64,000 nucleotides of DNA, from positions 62,001-126,000 of the forward strand of contig JAPEUD010000056.1 of NCBI GenBank assembly GCA_026026165.1, read 5' to 3'. This stretch comes from Sarea resinae. Its lineage: Eukaryota. The notes under the pieces were generated by a model. The model did not search any database and was not told the origin of the DNA. It saw only the letters and a list, made by a program, of their open reading frames with translations. The position numbers were made by a program, and so were the translations under genes. Shown here in pieces: positions 12,547 through 26,330 of the stretch. The stretch's first letter is position 1, and each line of letters begins with the position of its first letter.

Positions 12547-14365
12547 GATGGCTTAGCTGGATAGTGTTGGTGGAATTGGAGTGGGTAGAGTTGGCAGAGA
12601 CGTAAACAAGGCGAGCGCTGAAGGTCGAGAGTGTGCCGCGTTGATATCGATATGGAGGGGTACGGAGGGGTCTGATTGCTACGTGATCGGTTCTTTGGGG
12701 TCCTGTACTCCGACATGCGTCATTGGCAAGTGCCGCATGCTGTACCACGCGTGATACCTCAAGGCGTCCAGTCCGACAACAGGGGCATTCTCATATTGAT
12801 GTTGATGTTGATGTTGATGTCAGCTTCGATGCCCGCAATAGCAGCCTCAGCTGACCAAGTGGCGGTTCTGATTGAAGATGGATGACTGTTGCAGCCCGAT
12901 GAGGGCGGCGCCGAAGCCTGGCTGATATTGGAACTGCTCAATCCGTACAGACGACCAGCTCTCCACCAGCCCAGCTCGGCAGCAGGTGCTACACCAAGAC
13001 AAAAGAAGATATCTGGTAGCTATGGATGTCGACATTATCGCCCACGACGTCGGAATCTTCTCTCTGTCTCTCGTCAGACAGCCCTCGAGGCCAAAGACAA
13101 GGGCAATTTCTACCACGAGAGCTCTGGCGGGGGCCATGTCATACCTACCGTACCGGAACATGGCCGGAATGACATCAGTAACCACTCCATCTTGACCGCA
13201 ATGCTACCTGGGGTACGGGGTGCATTCTCGACATCAATCTACCGCCCAGCTAAGCACTACGCACTGCGCTGCTCAACATTCCAATTGCGTCTTCTCTTCT
13301 CTCTCTCCCTCTGCCCTGTCACGGTCTCTGCCTCAGCGACACGGTAAGATACTCCGTACGTGGATGGCTTGCTGTCAGCGCGACATCCGAGGCCATTTAC
13401 GCGCCGCGTCCCACTGAAATCGACTCGGCATCAGGAGCCCGGACCAGGTTCTCCAGATTTCCAGATGCAGCCAAGTCCGCACTGTGAGGCTCATTGGCGG
13501 TGGGGAAGCATGGCCCCCGACCCCTGACCGTCAGCCGACTTCAGAGAGCGCATGAAGTGGATCTGGCTTTCTCGTCTGGCTCTTTTCCTCTGCGTCTCCT
13601 CTTTTCGCCCTCTTCTCTTCTTTCTCTTTCAACGCCAGACGATCCGGCGCTCGAAATGGGCTAGAGCATGGTTGGACCCATGCCGCGGCTTGCCAGATGC
13701 AGCAAGAGAGCGCGACGGTCATTGGGCGATTTATGCATTAATTCTCGTCGGAGATTGCACTTTCATTTCCGGCACGCCGCATCGTTTGTGTTTCGCCTTC
13801 AAGTCGAGAGTCTTCATTGGTCGCGTCGTGCAAGGATGCGCATTATCCGGCAACTCGACCCTGATTGAGTCTCGAATACTTGTTCTCGTCTACCAATTGG
13901 CAGCGGAATCAAGTACTCGCTACTGCTGCAATAACACGATCCATCCCCGTCTCAATAATCCCCCGAACAGCCAGGCTAAATGCTTGCTACTATGGGGGTG
14001 TGCTGAGCTCGCTCTGCCTTATCCCCCCCCCCCCCAGCTCAAATCAGTCATATCTCCTTTCTCGTTCTCTTTCCTCCTCTTGCTCTCTACCTACCGCATT
14101 GTTGAGGTCCTGGTTGTCGCATTTCAGGTTCTTATTTTCTTCAAGTCCGACCAGAGTCATTCTTTTGTGCTCCGCATCTGTCTTTGGCCTTTGTTTGCTT
14201 CGCGCAAATTCAAGTCAGTCACTCGCTTGAAATCACATCAACAAACAAACACGCTCCTTATATGGTCCCGCCGTCACATTCATTGTCACCCAATCCGAGA
14301 CTCGGCGCAAAGCCGCCAGCCATCACCATACGCTCATTCAAACAATATCGCGACATCCAATCTCA

Positions 14366-16124
14366 ATGAAATCAATTGAGCTCACGGCCACGCTGGCCGT
14401 CGCGCTGGGAGTCTTATCTTCCTTGGCCGAAGCCAAGCATGGCAGCGCTCACCTCCAGGCGCTCGAGAGGAGACATCAGCATAAGAGAGCCGCGGCGCAC
14501 GCGTCACAGGCGGAAACAGCAGAGGGAATCGAAGTCAGGGCGGTTCACATCGATGAGCGCCAGAGTCAATGCCAATTTCCCTACAATGAGGGCCTCGTCG
14601 CAGTGACCCCTGGCTCGTCCAATGCTGGTTGGGCCATGAGCCCGGATCAGCCGTGCAAGCCGGGCAACTACTGCCCATACGCATGTCCCTCGGGACAATT
14701 AAGCGCACAATGGGATCCCAAGGCGACTTCATACACCTACCCACAATCCATGGTTTGCATTCCTTTCGGGTCTTCAATGTCTTGAGCGGTATCTGACTCT
14801 TTTCACAGAACGGAGGTCTGTATTGCGACAACGACGGCAATATTCAGAAACCATTCCCAGATAAGCCATACTGTGTCGACGGAACTGGCTCCGTCGCTTG
14901 CAACAACAAGGCCAGCGGCAACGTCGCATGGTGCCAGACCGTCCTTCCTGGCAACGAGGCTATGCTTATCCCGACCAATGTCGAAGACTCCGCAACCCTG
15001 GCTGTGCCAGATCCTAGCTACTGGGCGAGTACCGCAGCTCAGTAAGTGAATTGATTATAATTGTTTACTACATTGTCCTAACAGTTTCATGAAGCTACTA
15101 TATCAATCCTCCGGGGGTTTCCGTCGAGGAAGCGTGCGTTTGGGGCACTAGCTCGAACCCGTATGGAAACTGGAGCCCTTACGTGGGTGGTATGAATACG
15201 GATGAGAGCGGCAACACCTTCGTCAAGCTCGGATGGAATCCCATCTATCTTGAACCTGCGACTCCTTTCCGCAACCAGATGCCAAGCTGGGGTGTCACAA
15301 TCGAATGCGAGGGTGAAGGCTGCAACGGCCTCCCTTGCGCCATTGATCCGTCTGTGCATAATGTCAACGAGTGCTCAGGAGCAAGCACCGACGGTGCCGG
15401 CGGCGCCAGTTTCTGCGTTGTCACCGTTCCAAGTGGTGGCAAGGCCAACTTCGTCGTATTCGAAGGGGGTCTCGGCAGCGCAGGCAACTCGTCTTCCGGA
15501 AGCTCTTCATCCTCGAGCAGCTCAGCATCTGCATCTCCAACCTCATACTCGTCTTCATCAAGTGCCAGCCCATCGTCATCCTCGACTTCCTCTTCTTGGT
15601 CAAGCTCGAGCTGGAGCTCCTCTTCAAGCAGCTCATCTAGCTCCCCTAGCTCATCTAGCTCCCCTAGCTCATCTAGCAGCTCTACCTCTACCTCCTCTTC
15701 ATGGTCGTCGTCATCGGCATGGTCATCATCAGCCTCGTCTTCATCGTCCTCGTCGTGGAGCAGCAGCAGCGTCATCGCCAGCACGACGAACAGCACGAGC
15801 TCCATCGCTCGCCCAACAAGCTATAGCTCCGCTACTACGAGCAATGTGACTATCGCGACCAGCTTCTCCGCACCGACGGCCTACCCGACGGCCTACCCCA
15901 CCGCTTCCAACTCTCCGCATGTGTTGGTCGAGAACAACACCTCCGTTGCTTACACTTCACCTGGACTTGCTGCGGTCAGCGCTGCTGCGTCGACTGCCCA
16001 GGCTTCTCCTGCAGCCGCGGAATCTAAGCATACCAAGACGGGCTCTGCCTCTAGTGTCCACGGCACTGCTTCTTTCGGCCTGGCCCTATCGCTCTTCATC
16101 GGAGCTCTTGTCACCATGGTGTAG
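14366..16124 (+). CDS. Secreted SUN-family (Adg3-like) cell-wall protein with Ser-rich stalk and probable GPI signal
   Basis: Signal peptide, then a SUN domain (GWAMSPDQPC..YCPYACPSGQ..QWDP, CQTVLPGNEAMLIPT, YYINPPG, GNWSPY). Introns at about 14752-14808 and 15042-15094. Ser-rich region and hydrophobic C-terminus. Confidence 0.88.
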
Positions 16125-17423
16125 ATCGCTTGTTTCGACATATACTCGCTTTCTTAGACTCCAGGTCGAGGTTCTATTCCATTCATACAGCCCAGCCGGA
16201 TCTTCGGCACTTCATCGCACCTTGGCGATTCATTGTCTATCTACCTCGGGTCGATCTACAACATCTTCTTCGATGGGGAAACCCATCACCCACTTGCGCC
16301 CATCGCACCTTCTGATTGTATCTTTCCTTATGTGCGACGGATCACTTTAGCTTTGCTTTCGATTTAGCTTTTTGCTTACTTTTTCTCGAACGTCATGACC
16401 TTCACGCCCTACCTTCTATTACTTATTTCATCCATGACCAACAATGTTTTATATTCAACCGGAAGCGGGTGGCTTTCTCTCTCGTGTGGTTCTCTCTTAC
16501 TGGATACCCTGTCAAGACAATCACAGGGATCAGATGCAAGACTGACGCGGGAGAAGCACGTGAACGAAAGCGGTGATGATCTTTTCGGATTGGGGCTTTT
16601 CGTCTAGTTGTCTTTTTGAGATATCCCGAGTCATGACCCTTGGTGGCCTGTTTGGATGCTTGATATCCCTTTTTGCTCTCTCATCGATATGTTCGACACC
16701 GTTTTTCGAAGCTGGTTTATTCGATAATGTATATTTTGCTGCTCCTTTTCTCTCACTCGTCGATTTCTATCTCTCTCTCTGTCTCTCTCGATCCATAGCA
16801 ACCACTTGACAAGACTCGAAAATCAAAAACCCCTTTGGAAACGTTTCGCTCTGATATGCCTATGTGATGCTGTGACGTGATCCCTTGATCCCTGGATCCC
16901 TACCTTACTCTAAGGTACTTCAGAGATCCCTTTGGTCCATCCGAGGCCGGGCCAGTGATGGAAGGTTCAGGTACGGACACGGTACCTGATACTGTTTAGT
17001 CAGCGGCCTTTGTCATGGGCATCAGGTACACAGTACAGCCGAGTTACCCTGCGGTCCCCTACTTACGTCGCATCGTTATGCCCGACCTTTCTCCAGACTG
17101 GACTTCTTGACTTCTTCCCTCTGACTTCATCCTCCCACCATTCTTGACCCCTCCCCCCTATCTTCAACTCTCCCCCGGCTTGCTTCCTGTACAAAATGTC
17201 TTTCTCAATCTGATTGAACCTTCTTCAATGGCATTTGCGCTGCTGCGGCTTGGTCCGCGCAATTCCGTATAGTCCAATACATCACAACACTCGTCCCTGA
17301 ACAGACGCAGAAACCCTCTTTTTACGGTGCTGTGATATTGCCCACCATGGCATTGCGTCAAGTTCTGGTCAGTATGATGGGCGACTGGTAACCCCTTCCG
17401 AACTAATAAAGCTATATCAGCAG

Positions 17424-19013
17424 ATGCCCGCTGCCCTCCGGCCCTCCCTCTTTTACCGGTCCTCTCTTCTCGCCCAGGCCAGTTGGCGCTGTCGAGATTA
17501 CCAGCCTTTGCCGGAAACTCGCCGTGCTTTTGCTTCTCAATCTCCTCAGCCAGATCCCGAAGCTTCTCATTCAGACTCTCCCTCGCAGATCGCCGCTTCA
17601 TCTACTTCCTCATCGCCGTCGCCTAGTCCACAATCGACCTCGTCAGCTTTGTCCCCGGCCTCTTCGAACGAGTCCATACAGAAAACATGGGATGAAAACG
17701 TGGATCTGAGCATTTCGGCATTTTCTCAGCTCCCTCATTCGAATTTCGGTGTCAACCAGCACATGATCATCAATGAAGAATTCAAGGAGGCGCTCCGCCA
17801 AATCCTCTGGCAGTTTCGAGCGCCAATCCGCTACGCTTTTGCTTACGGGTCCGGCGTCTTCGCACAGCAAAAGGGCTCGTCCTCGTCGAGCACTTCTAGT
17901 CTACATCCTTCTCCAAACAAAGCCATTGCAGCCATCCAGCACGGAGAAGGGAAGATGATCGACTTCATCTTTGGCGTCTCCTATACGGAACACTGGCAAT
18001 CATTAAATCTTCACCAGCATCGCGATCACTATTCTTTCCTTGGGTCACTTGGATCAGGCGTTATATCAAATGTCCAGGATAAATGGGGCGCTGGCGTATA
18101 TTTCAACCCGTACGTTACCGTCAACGGCACCCTCATCAAATACGGCGTCGTCAATCTGGACACGCTCTGTCGCGACCTCAGCGAATGGGATACTCTGTAC
18201 CTGGCCGGTCGTCTACAAAAGCCTGTGAAGATTCTGCGCGACAACCCGCGCGTGCGTCTTGCCAACCAAATCAATCTGCTTTCCGCCGTCCGCGTGGCTC
18301 TTCTCCTCTTACCGCCCAAGTTCACCGAGCGTGAACTTTACAGCACCATCGCAGGTATCAGCTACATGGGCGACCCACGCATGTCGCTGCCAACCGAAAA
18401 TCGCCAAAAGGTTGCCAACATCGTAACGAACCAGCTGGGCAACTTCCGCCAACTCTACGCACCTCTTATTGAGAATCTCCCCAATGTCTCCTTCGTTGAC
18501 TCGCGCTCCTTGCGTCCAGGATGGGAAGATGATGTTTCGATTGACGCGGCCTTGGAGCAGGACATGGACCCTGTCAAGCGCGGCAACATGGTACGGCGTC
18601 TACCCAAACAATTCCGCCACAAGTTGTATTTCCAGTACCAGAGCAAATTTCAGATACCACAGCGCGAGTTCGATGCCATGATGGAGGCTAGTAAAGACGA
18701 AGACCAGACGCGCATCAAACGGCGCGAGGGTGGAGAATTCGAACGCCGGATCGCATGTGACGAGGCCGGGCTGAGGAAGGAGGTTAGTGCGGCAATTAAG
18801 AAGACTATCTCGTGGCCCAGCACGACGCAAAGTATCAAGAGCTTCTTCACTGCTGGCGTCTTCAGGTCATTACGATATGTCAGGGAAAAGTGGGACAAAT
18901 TTGTGGAGGGAAATAAAAAAGTGGGTGGGGACGTGAAGAAGGATGCAAAGAAAGAAACCGCGGATTCGGAAACGAACCCGGAAAACGAAAAGGAGAAGCA
19001 GAAGCAGGAGTAG
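17424..19013 (+). CDS. TAM41: Mitochondrial phosphatidate cytidylyltransferase Tam41/Mmp37
   Basis: 529-aa ORF with an Arg-rich presequence-like N-terminus. Motifs YAFAYGSGVF, MIDFIFGV, GAGVYFNPYV, LYLAGRLQKPV and ISYMGDPRM. Confidence 0.95.
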   Translation: MPAALRPSLFYRSSLLAQASWRCRDYQPLPETRRAFASQSPQPDPEASHSDSPSQIAASSTSSSPSPSPQSTSSALSPASSNESIQKTWDENVDLSISAFSQLPHSNFGVNQHMIINEEFKEALRQILWQFRAPIRYAFAYGSGVFAQQKGSSSSSTSSLHPSPNKAIAAIQHGEGKMIDFIFGVSYTEHWQSLNLHQHRDHYSFLGSLGSGVISNVQDKWGAGVYFNPYVTVNGTLIKYGVVNLDTLCRDLSEWDTLYLAGRLQKPVKILRDNPRVRLANQINLLSAVRVALLLLPPKFTERELYSTIAGISYMGDPRMSLPTENRQKVANIVTNQLGNFRQLYAPLIENLPNVSFVDSRSLRPGWEDDVSIDAALEQDMDPVKRGNMVRRLPKQFRHKLYFQYQSKFQIPQREFDAMMEASKDEDQTRIKRREGGEFERRIACDEAGLRKEVSAAIKKTISWPSTTQSIKSFFTAGVFRSLRYVREKWDKFVEGNKKVGGDVKKDAKKETADSETNPENEKEKQKQE

Positions 19014-20143
19014 TGCCTCTGTTGCTGTACAGGGTGAGCACGTCGGAAAGGACGACGAAGAGCCTGAAATGTCCTTCTCGGGCCCGCGACTTCCGATCCT
19101 TTCATCAAACACTAGTCCCACTCATTAACATCATGTCTTCTTTCCAATTCCCAACCTGCAAGAAAACTCAACCAAAACAACATTGCATCAAAGCAATCCG
19201 CATCAACACCAACCAGGTTCTCTCTCGAACAGCCAACTCTCGTCCGCCAGCCGTGCAAACATATGAATTTTCATGATCTAACGACATGGAAGAGACGGGC
19301 CCCTACAATGGAAGAGAGATATCGAGAAAGAAAGATGGGAGGTCATGGTCAGGCAGAGCAGGCATAGGCTCAGAATCGGTCATATAGATGGCGTCGCATG
19401 AACGTCAAGGCTGCCTTCCTGCCTGCCTGCCTGCCTGATGTAAGCAATAGGGGGTCAAAAAAGTCAAATCGGAGGTAAAACAGAACTGTACATATCGCAT
19501 CTAGCCGAATCAAACCAAAAACATATCATGCATCCATCATTTTATCACCACTGAGTCTGCACTGATATAGTAAAGTTCTGATCCACTCATCCACCCTTTC
19601 TGCTTGTAGCAGCAGCCGCCAATCTAAATGCACCGCTTCGACTATGAACATGTGGATTATCCTGATCGATGATTTCTCTTGCATGGCGCGTAACCGCGTA
19701 ATAGATATCTGTTGGAGATTGGTTCGAGTACAGGTATCGTGCAGATTTCTTTGCGTGTATCCATAGCACTTCTACGCCCGTCTACCCGGCCCTTCCCTCC
19801 CTTCCCTTTCCTTCCTTTTTCTTCCGTCTTTCTTCTCTGCTTGGCTCCGGAGAGGGATGTGTAGTATGATTGTGTTTTTCTGAGTGGGGGCAGGGATGTG
19901 GATGAGAATATGAGTGGTATGTGGGTATGCATGTTGATGATTCTGGTTATGGTTATGGTTATGCTATTGCTTGGCTTTCTTCTTCGCTCTCTCTCTGCCG
20001 ATCCATATCTATCAACTTTCGATCTGTCTATCTCTTGGTTCTCTCCTATCTCGCCCACGAGACATGGATACATGGCACAGAATTACCTGACCAAACGGGT
20101 GCTTGCTGGCTAGGTAGGTAGGTAGACTATTCAATCTTCTCTG

Positions 20144-20169
20144 GCTCTGTCTCTCTCTCTCTCTCTCTC
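20144..20169 (+). repeat. (CT)n microsatellite
   Basis: ctctgtctctctctctctctctctc. Confidence 0.8.
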
Positions 20170-20341
20170 CCCCCTTCTCCTTTCTTATATGCATGCATAT
20201 ACATGGGCCATACATATCTATACCGGCCAGTGCTCTGCGGCCAGACTAGTCTAACCAACGAACAAGCCTCTCCTCCCCTTCCCTTTCCCCTCCTCGCCCC
20301 GCCCGATTCCCTCGCCCAAAACACAAAACGAAACACACACA

Positions 20342-23300
20342 CTAGGCATAGGCAAAGCTACTGCGACAGAGCGGACAATCACTCTTATTGCTGCTCTTGA
20401 ACCAGCGCCACAGACAGCCGGCATGGAAGGCGTTCTTGCACGTGGCGCAGCGCTTGTTGGGCAGCTGCTTCTCCGCGCTGATGATGCTGTAGCAGATCGA
20501 GCATTCGGCGTGCCCGCGCAGCGTCAGCGTGATGTTGCGCCGCAGCTGCGAGAGTGCGGGCGGCAGGGAGTTGTTCTGTTTGGGGGGTGCGGGCGGCGTG
20601 GTTAGCGGGTCTTCGTGGGCGCGGGCGTGTGGTTTTCGAGGTGGGGAGGGGGGGTTGGATGGGTAGGAATGAAACGGAAGGGGGTTAACGTACAGAGAAC
20701 GCAATCGCACCCTGCGCATTCAGCAACCAAGCCCGCCATTTCTTCTCATCGACGCCAACACGACTCACGCCCTCGACCACGGCCGCGCGCAACGGAAACG
20801 CGCCGGGCAGCTTGATGACCACCGTGAGAAGCTGGTCATCGATCGGGTAGCTGGCCACGATCTCGCGCGCGCGCGGCGACGTCTTGATCTGCAGCGGCGG
20901 CGCCGATGCGGCGTCTGTGTCGTCCAAGGCGCCCGCGCTGTCGTGTTGCTGCTGCGAGGCCGCCCACGTCGATACCGAGGACAGCGCCGTCGTGATGATG
21001 GACGGCGAGATGTACTTCTCTGTCCATGGCTCTAGCGACAGCGTTTTCGGGCGCGATTTGCAGCTAATGAACCAGGTCTTCACGAGCGAGGAGCAGTGGA
21101 GGAGCGAGAGGTAGTAGAGGTGAATGAGCAGCCATTGGGTGTCTCGTTCTGGTGACTCCTCGACGCCGGGGACGTACTGCTCGACGTCGAAGCGGGATGC
21201 GTCCAGGGGCTTGCCTCTGTCGAAACCGAGGATCGACGTCAGCAGTTCCAGGAGCCCCGTTAGGTAGTCCCCTTCTTTAATGTCGGATAGGTAGTCTGAC
21301 TTGAGTTTGTCAGATGCGCCCACGGCGGGGAAGTGGTCGTAAATCAGGAGCCAGGAGAGGAGGTAGCTTTGTAGGGAAAGCGGGGTGGAGCGGTGGTCTA
21401 AATCAACGGAAGAGAGGGAGGGTGGGGAGAGGATCAGGGAGAGGAGTTCGGATGGAAGGTGGGCGGACGATTTGGAAAGTGCGATTTCGATGCTGAGAGA
21501 TTCTTGGAGCGGTGGGATGAGTCGATGTAGGATGCTGAACGCGGTCTGTTGGACAGGAAGCGAGGGCACGTAGAGAAGTGGGTAGAGCTCGCTGGGCTCG
21601 CCCAAGGATTCGGATGGGATCAGGGAAATTTGTCGGGCCAGTATTTCGTTGACCATTCTCAGTGGCTGGTTTGACTCGTCCGAGACAGCTGCTGTAGATT
21701 AGTGGATAAGCTCGCTCACAGGGTTAGACTTTCATACCTTGAGACTCCTTCAACAAATGCATTAGTCCCTTAGACAACGCATCCGCCAGTTCAGTCCATG
21801 CGTCTTTCAGATCATCATTAGCTTCCTCGTCCGTGGTCAGTGCTCTCAACATCGCAAACAGCTTCAAAGATGCATGCGCCGCCGGCAAACTCGCGGCATC
21901 TTCTGTGTGGATACCCCCGGACCACAATTGAGCGATGAACTCGAGAATTTCTGACCAATGGGAACCGTAGATGCCTTGGATAAGTGGCAGGACAAATAGC
22001 AGGGCTTTGAGGGCCTCCGCTATAATTGCTAGCGAAGTTTGGTCTTGTGTGAGCCACGGAATGATGTGTTTGACGAAGAATACGATACGTTGCTGCGGTA
22101 CGTCGTCGACAATTCCGTCGTGAGTTTGAAGAATCAGGTTTAGCAGGATAAATTGTCGAAGAGCTGAAATTGTCAGTATGAGAGAAGAGTCAAAATCAAT
22201 CTCAAAAGCTGGTGGTCAATCGAATGGTACCAGAGTCTGAATCATGAACAGTAATGAACTTACCTTTCTCAGGATTCGTGTTGATATCGAGCCCAGTAAG
22301 ATCCGCAATCAATTGGTTGCACATCCTTAATGACTCCTTATTCATTGAAATCGGTACTTTGAATCCCGTCAAGGTGGCTGCGACAATAAACGTATCTGCG
22401 CCTGTCAGTGTTTTTTCTCTAAATGGTGATATTTTACGAACCTTCTGGATCCCTCAATCTAAGCCTCTCCGTCCAAGGCGTCTCCTGGCTTGGATGCCAT
22501 CCTCGAAGCTCAATTGTCTCCGATCGAACAGTGCTGAAAGCACGAGCATAGTAGAATGCAGACGGTGATAATCCAGCTGAGCCCTCTATAAACTTGTCCA
22601 AACTTGACTCGGAGTGTTGCTGCGTGCGTAGTGGATCTCCCTGAATCCACCATGTATCTGGCATCTTCAGCCATTGCGACAAAAGATTTTGCGCGTCGAA
22701 TATAAAATCTAAAACCTGAGCTTCTGCCTCCGGTATCGCCTCTGACCATATGTGATTGGCACCACTCAAGGTGATGTTATCGTTTGTCAGTAGTATAATC
22801 AAAGTCAGCCAACGAAATACTTCTCCACGCATCTCAGGCGATAGTAAATTAGATAGGTCCGCTTCTTTCAAGAGCCCGACAGTATAGGATGCCATACGAA
22901 GGCACGAAGAGTAGCCATTCAGATCTCGTGGCAGTGAAGATATGCTACGCAAGCTTTCTTCGGCTTTACTCCGATCGATGAGATAGACTGCTCCGCCCAG
23001 TGGATTTGTCAATGCTAGGGATGGATGCGGGGCAACACCCATGAAAGGCTGGATAGCATCAGCCCACTGTCCAGGACCTGGCAGGAGTTGTATGGCCAGC
23101 GATGCTCGCTCATCCAGCGGAGTCTGCTGAATCATTTTCATTGCCCGCTCGAGCAAAGACTCAATCCTGATCCAATTAGCAAATGTGAGTGAGAGACACA
23201 GCAGAGATAAACACTAACATGAGCGAGTCAGGCCGTGCCTCACTAAAGCCCTTCTGTATGATCGAGAGGATAGAGGCTTTCATTGTATTTTCCTCTCCTC

Positions 23301-25946
23301 CTTTGGAAAGGATAGCCTCTATTTTGTGGCTCAAATCGGTAGACTGCTGCGCGAGACCATCATCCGGTGACTCCGTCAGAAGCAAAAGGTTTGACAGTAG
23401 ACGATGGCTTTCGTTGCTAGCTAAGAAGGACTTAATCACATCGGGATTCTCCTTCGCAACCATTTCAAGACCATGAAGGGCAGGTACTACTTTGTTTTCG
23501 GTTGTTAAATTCTCGGTCAAAGCTACTAGCATCTTTTCCGCAGCTGCTCCTGAGATTGCCTTGCCTTCGATAAGTCAGCATGTATCTAGATTGAGTTTGA
23601 TGGGTCGGGAATTAGAGCCCACGGCAGCATATTGCACGGCTGATGTGCGCGCCACAAATAGGTCATAACCGGCCAGAGCGAACGTACCTGACTGACTCAG
23701 AGCTTCACTGATGAGTGGCCAGTGCTCGTCTTGTCCTATACTAGCCGCATCAAAATCTTGCAACACGTACTGTTCCAGTCCTATATCAACACTTAGGGAG
23801 TCTTTGCTAATTAGCCTTAGACCTGACACAAGACTTCGAATGGCTTTTGTCTTGATCGTAGAATCGGGGCTGGCTAGAAGAATTCGGACCGCTGCACTCC
23901 ATGCTTTCTCGAAGTCTTGGAGATCTTTACATGCGTACAAAATGGTGATGAGATAAGGAGCCGATGGAGAGGTGAGAAGAGTCGGCAGCTCCTCGGTAAT
24001 AAATGAAGACATCCTCTTGGTGTAATGCTTGTTATTTGAGACCACTTGAGGCAGTCTCTGGAGCATGGTCGCCACTACTGCAGCAGCCCCATAGGGTTTC
24101 CCGTTCCTTGATGCAAGTATATCGAAGGCTGCATCGATGATCTCCGCCGTAGTCTCCGACAACAACATTGTCACATACTCAGGCGGGCTAAATTTTAATA
24201 CCTCTGCTTGCAATTGAAAGAAGCGATCACCTTCCGCGGCAACAGAAGCCTGGGACTTTCCGAAGTCTTTCGACTGTTCTGGGAGTGAGACCCGAATGTC
24301 GGTTGCAACACCTTGCGCCAGTGAAGTCCAGGACCTAGTCAGCGGTTCTCGCAAGTCGAGTTTCGTTTCACTGACACGCTTGAAGATCTTAGTACACAAC
24401 ACTAAACCCGATGGACCAATAGGCCAATGGCAGCTCTCTGGCGAGGGCCGGACAAATTCTTCGAACATAGGAAGTACAGCTTTCTCCAGAACATTGTTTT
24501 GCTCATCGCTATTAAGGTTTTCGAGAAATACCCATGTCGTGTTTAGATAGCTATCCCATGCAACGATGAGGTTATTTCGAGCTTCGTCCTTTCGACCTAG
24601 GCCTTGGCGAAAATCATCGAGTAGACTTCCTACCTCGGAGAGGTTGTGAGGCAGCACTTTCGGGGGCATATGACTGAATACAATCGAAATGTTATTCCAG
24701 AATTCGGGAGGTCCTGCTTGCGACCCCTTTTTTAGGAATTTTCGCAAACGGGTCTCTGCCGGTTTCTTCGCCTTATAGGCATCAGTCCAGGCATGGGGAT
24801 ATGCAACAGTCAACTCAGCCAGCGCTTTGGAGCAGTCGTAGGAAGATCCAATTTGGTCGCTAGCCAATGCTTTGGAAATCAAAGAGGTGCTAATTGTGCC
24901 CAAGTTCGATACAACAATATCTATAATAATCAGCATTGGAAGCAGCTTCTGAACAAACAGATGTTATACCTCGTTGTTTCGTCAAACAGACTCTTAGTAA
25001 TCTGTAAATAGTCCGCCTAACGAAAGCATCCTCATATGAAGCGAAATCCCAAAGCTTGGATTCACTCAACAGCTCTTCATAGATAGCCTCCTGTTTCGAT
25101 ATCTCATCGGGGTTTAAGACAACTTGTTTAGATTAGTGATCAGCTTTGAGAAATCGAAGCGGGATCCTACCTAGGAGATTTACAACCACCGATACGCTTG
25201 TTCCTACTACCCGGGCATACTTTGCCTCGGCGTCGTCTGGACTAACTGTTCGCTCGTCGCTCAGCGTCAACACGCTTTCTCGGAGAACCGCATCCCTCGA
25301 GTATTCCAAGATCGGACCTTGGTAGGCTTTCCAGATGGTTCGTAGTTTTTCCTCCGTAGGAAATACCGATTTCAGAGATGTCTGAGAAGCGCGGGCAACA
25401 GTCCGATCAGGATCGTAGAGCCCTGCCAGCCATGCTCCAACAACCCTAGGCATATGTCGAGCAAGTCTCTTTCCACAGGCTACAGATATCTGGCCTTGGA
25501 GAGTTTGCGCCAGCTGACGGACGCGCCGGGAACTATCTATGGAGGAACGAGGGTATATTTTGATCTAGTGGAAAAGCTTCATTACTACAAAGACCCCTAA
25601 TTACATGTTCCGGGCAGTGACCCACCCATGCTTCCAGTACACTTTCTTCCACCCCGCTCTTGTCGAGGTCCAAGGCCGATATGTATGAGGATAGTTCTTC
25701 CAGGGCTTTTGCTTTGGTCGTACTGTCTTTCTTGGTCAAATTCTTGAACGCGACGATGACATTCGGCTCGGAGATGGAGGCAAGGTCTGGCGGCTCGGTG
25801 ATGTAGGACAAGGGCGATGCGGTGGCGCCAAAAGCAGAAGAAGAAGCAGCTTGACCTGCGCTGAAACCCGAGCCCAGTCCGCCGCCAAAGGGAGCTGGAG
25901 AAGCACGGCTGCTGCTGGCCTGCGACTTGAATTGTCGTCGACTCAT
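20342..25946 (-). CDS. RKR1: E3 ubiquitin ligase listerin (ribosome quality control), multi-exon
   Basis: N-terminal MSRRQFKSQASSSR..PPDL..FKNLTKKDSTTKAKALEEL and WLAGLYDPDR. An RWD-like region (IKLPGAFPL..KKWRAWL) precedes the C-terminal RING CSICYSII..CATCKNAFHAGCLWRWFKSSNKSDCPLCR. About 10 short introns. Confidence 0.93.
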
Positions 25947-26330
25947 GGCGATGCAGGCACAAGCGGGCGCATAGATGAGGGGCTTCACTCGATGTGCCTG
26001 TGCTTGGAGAGAAGGGAATAAAGGCGGAAAGATGAGGATGAGGATGACGATGATAATGGAATGGATCTGCTCGACAAAAAGAGACCCAAGACGTCACCGA
26101 GCGAGGGCCGCGGCCCGGACAGTGCGCGCGGCAGGTACAAGCGAGCGGAAAATCAAAATCGAATACGGTGGCGGACAAGTCGCATGTGGTTGATCTTCAT
26201 CTCCAGCTCAAAAGGTCACCGTAGCGTATCAGCTTCCAGGTAACTTCCGTCCTGTCATTGGAAATCTGTCGGGTGTAGTGTAGGAGAGGACTGGAACTGA
26301 AGCTGAATCACGCTGATTCTGCTCGGAAAG

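Noticed and set aside
13552..14379. 275-aa ORF upstream of the SUN gene
   Set aside because: Pyrimidine-rich promoter/5' UTR composition with no protein-like motifs.
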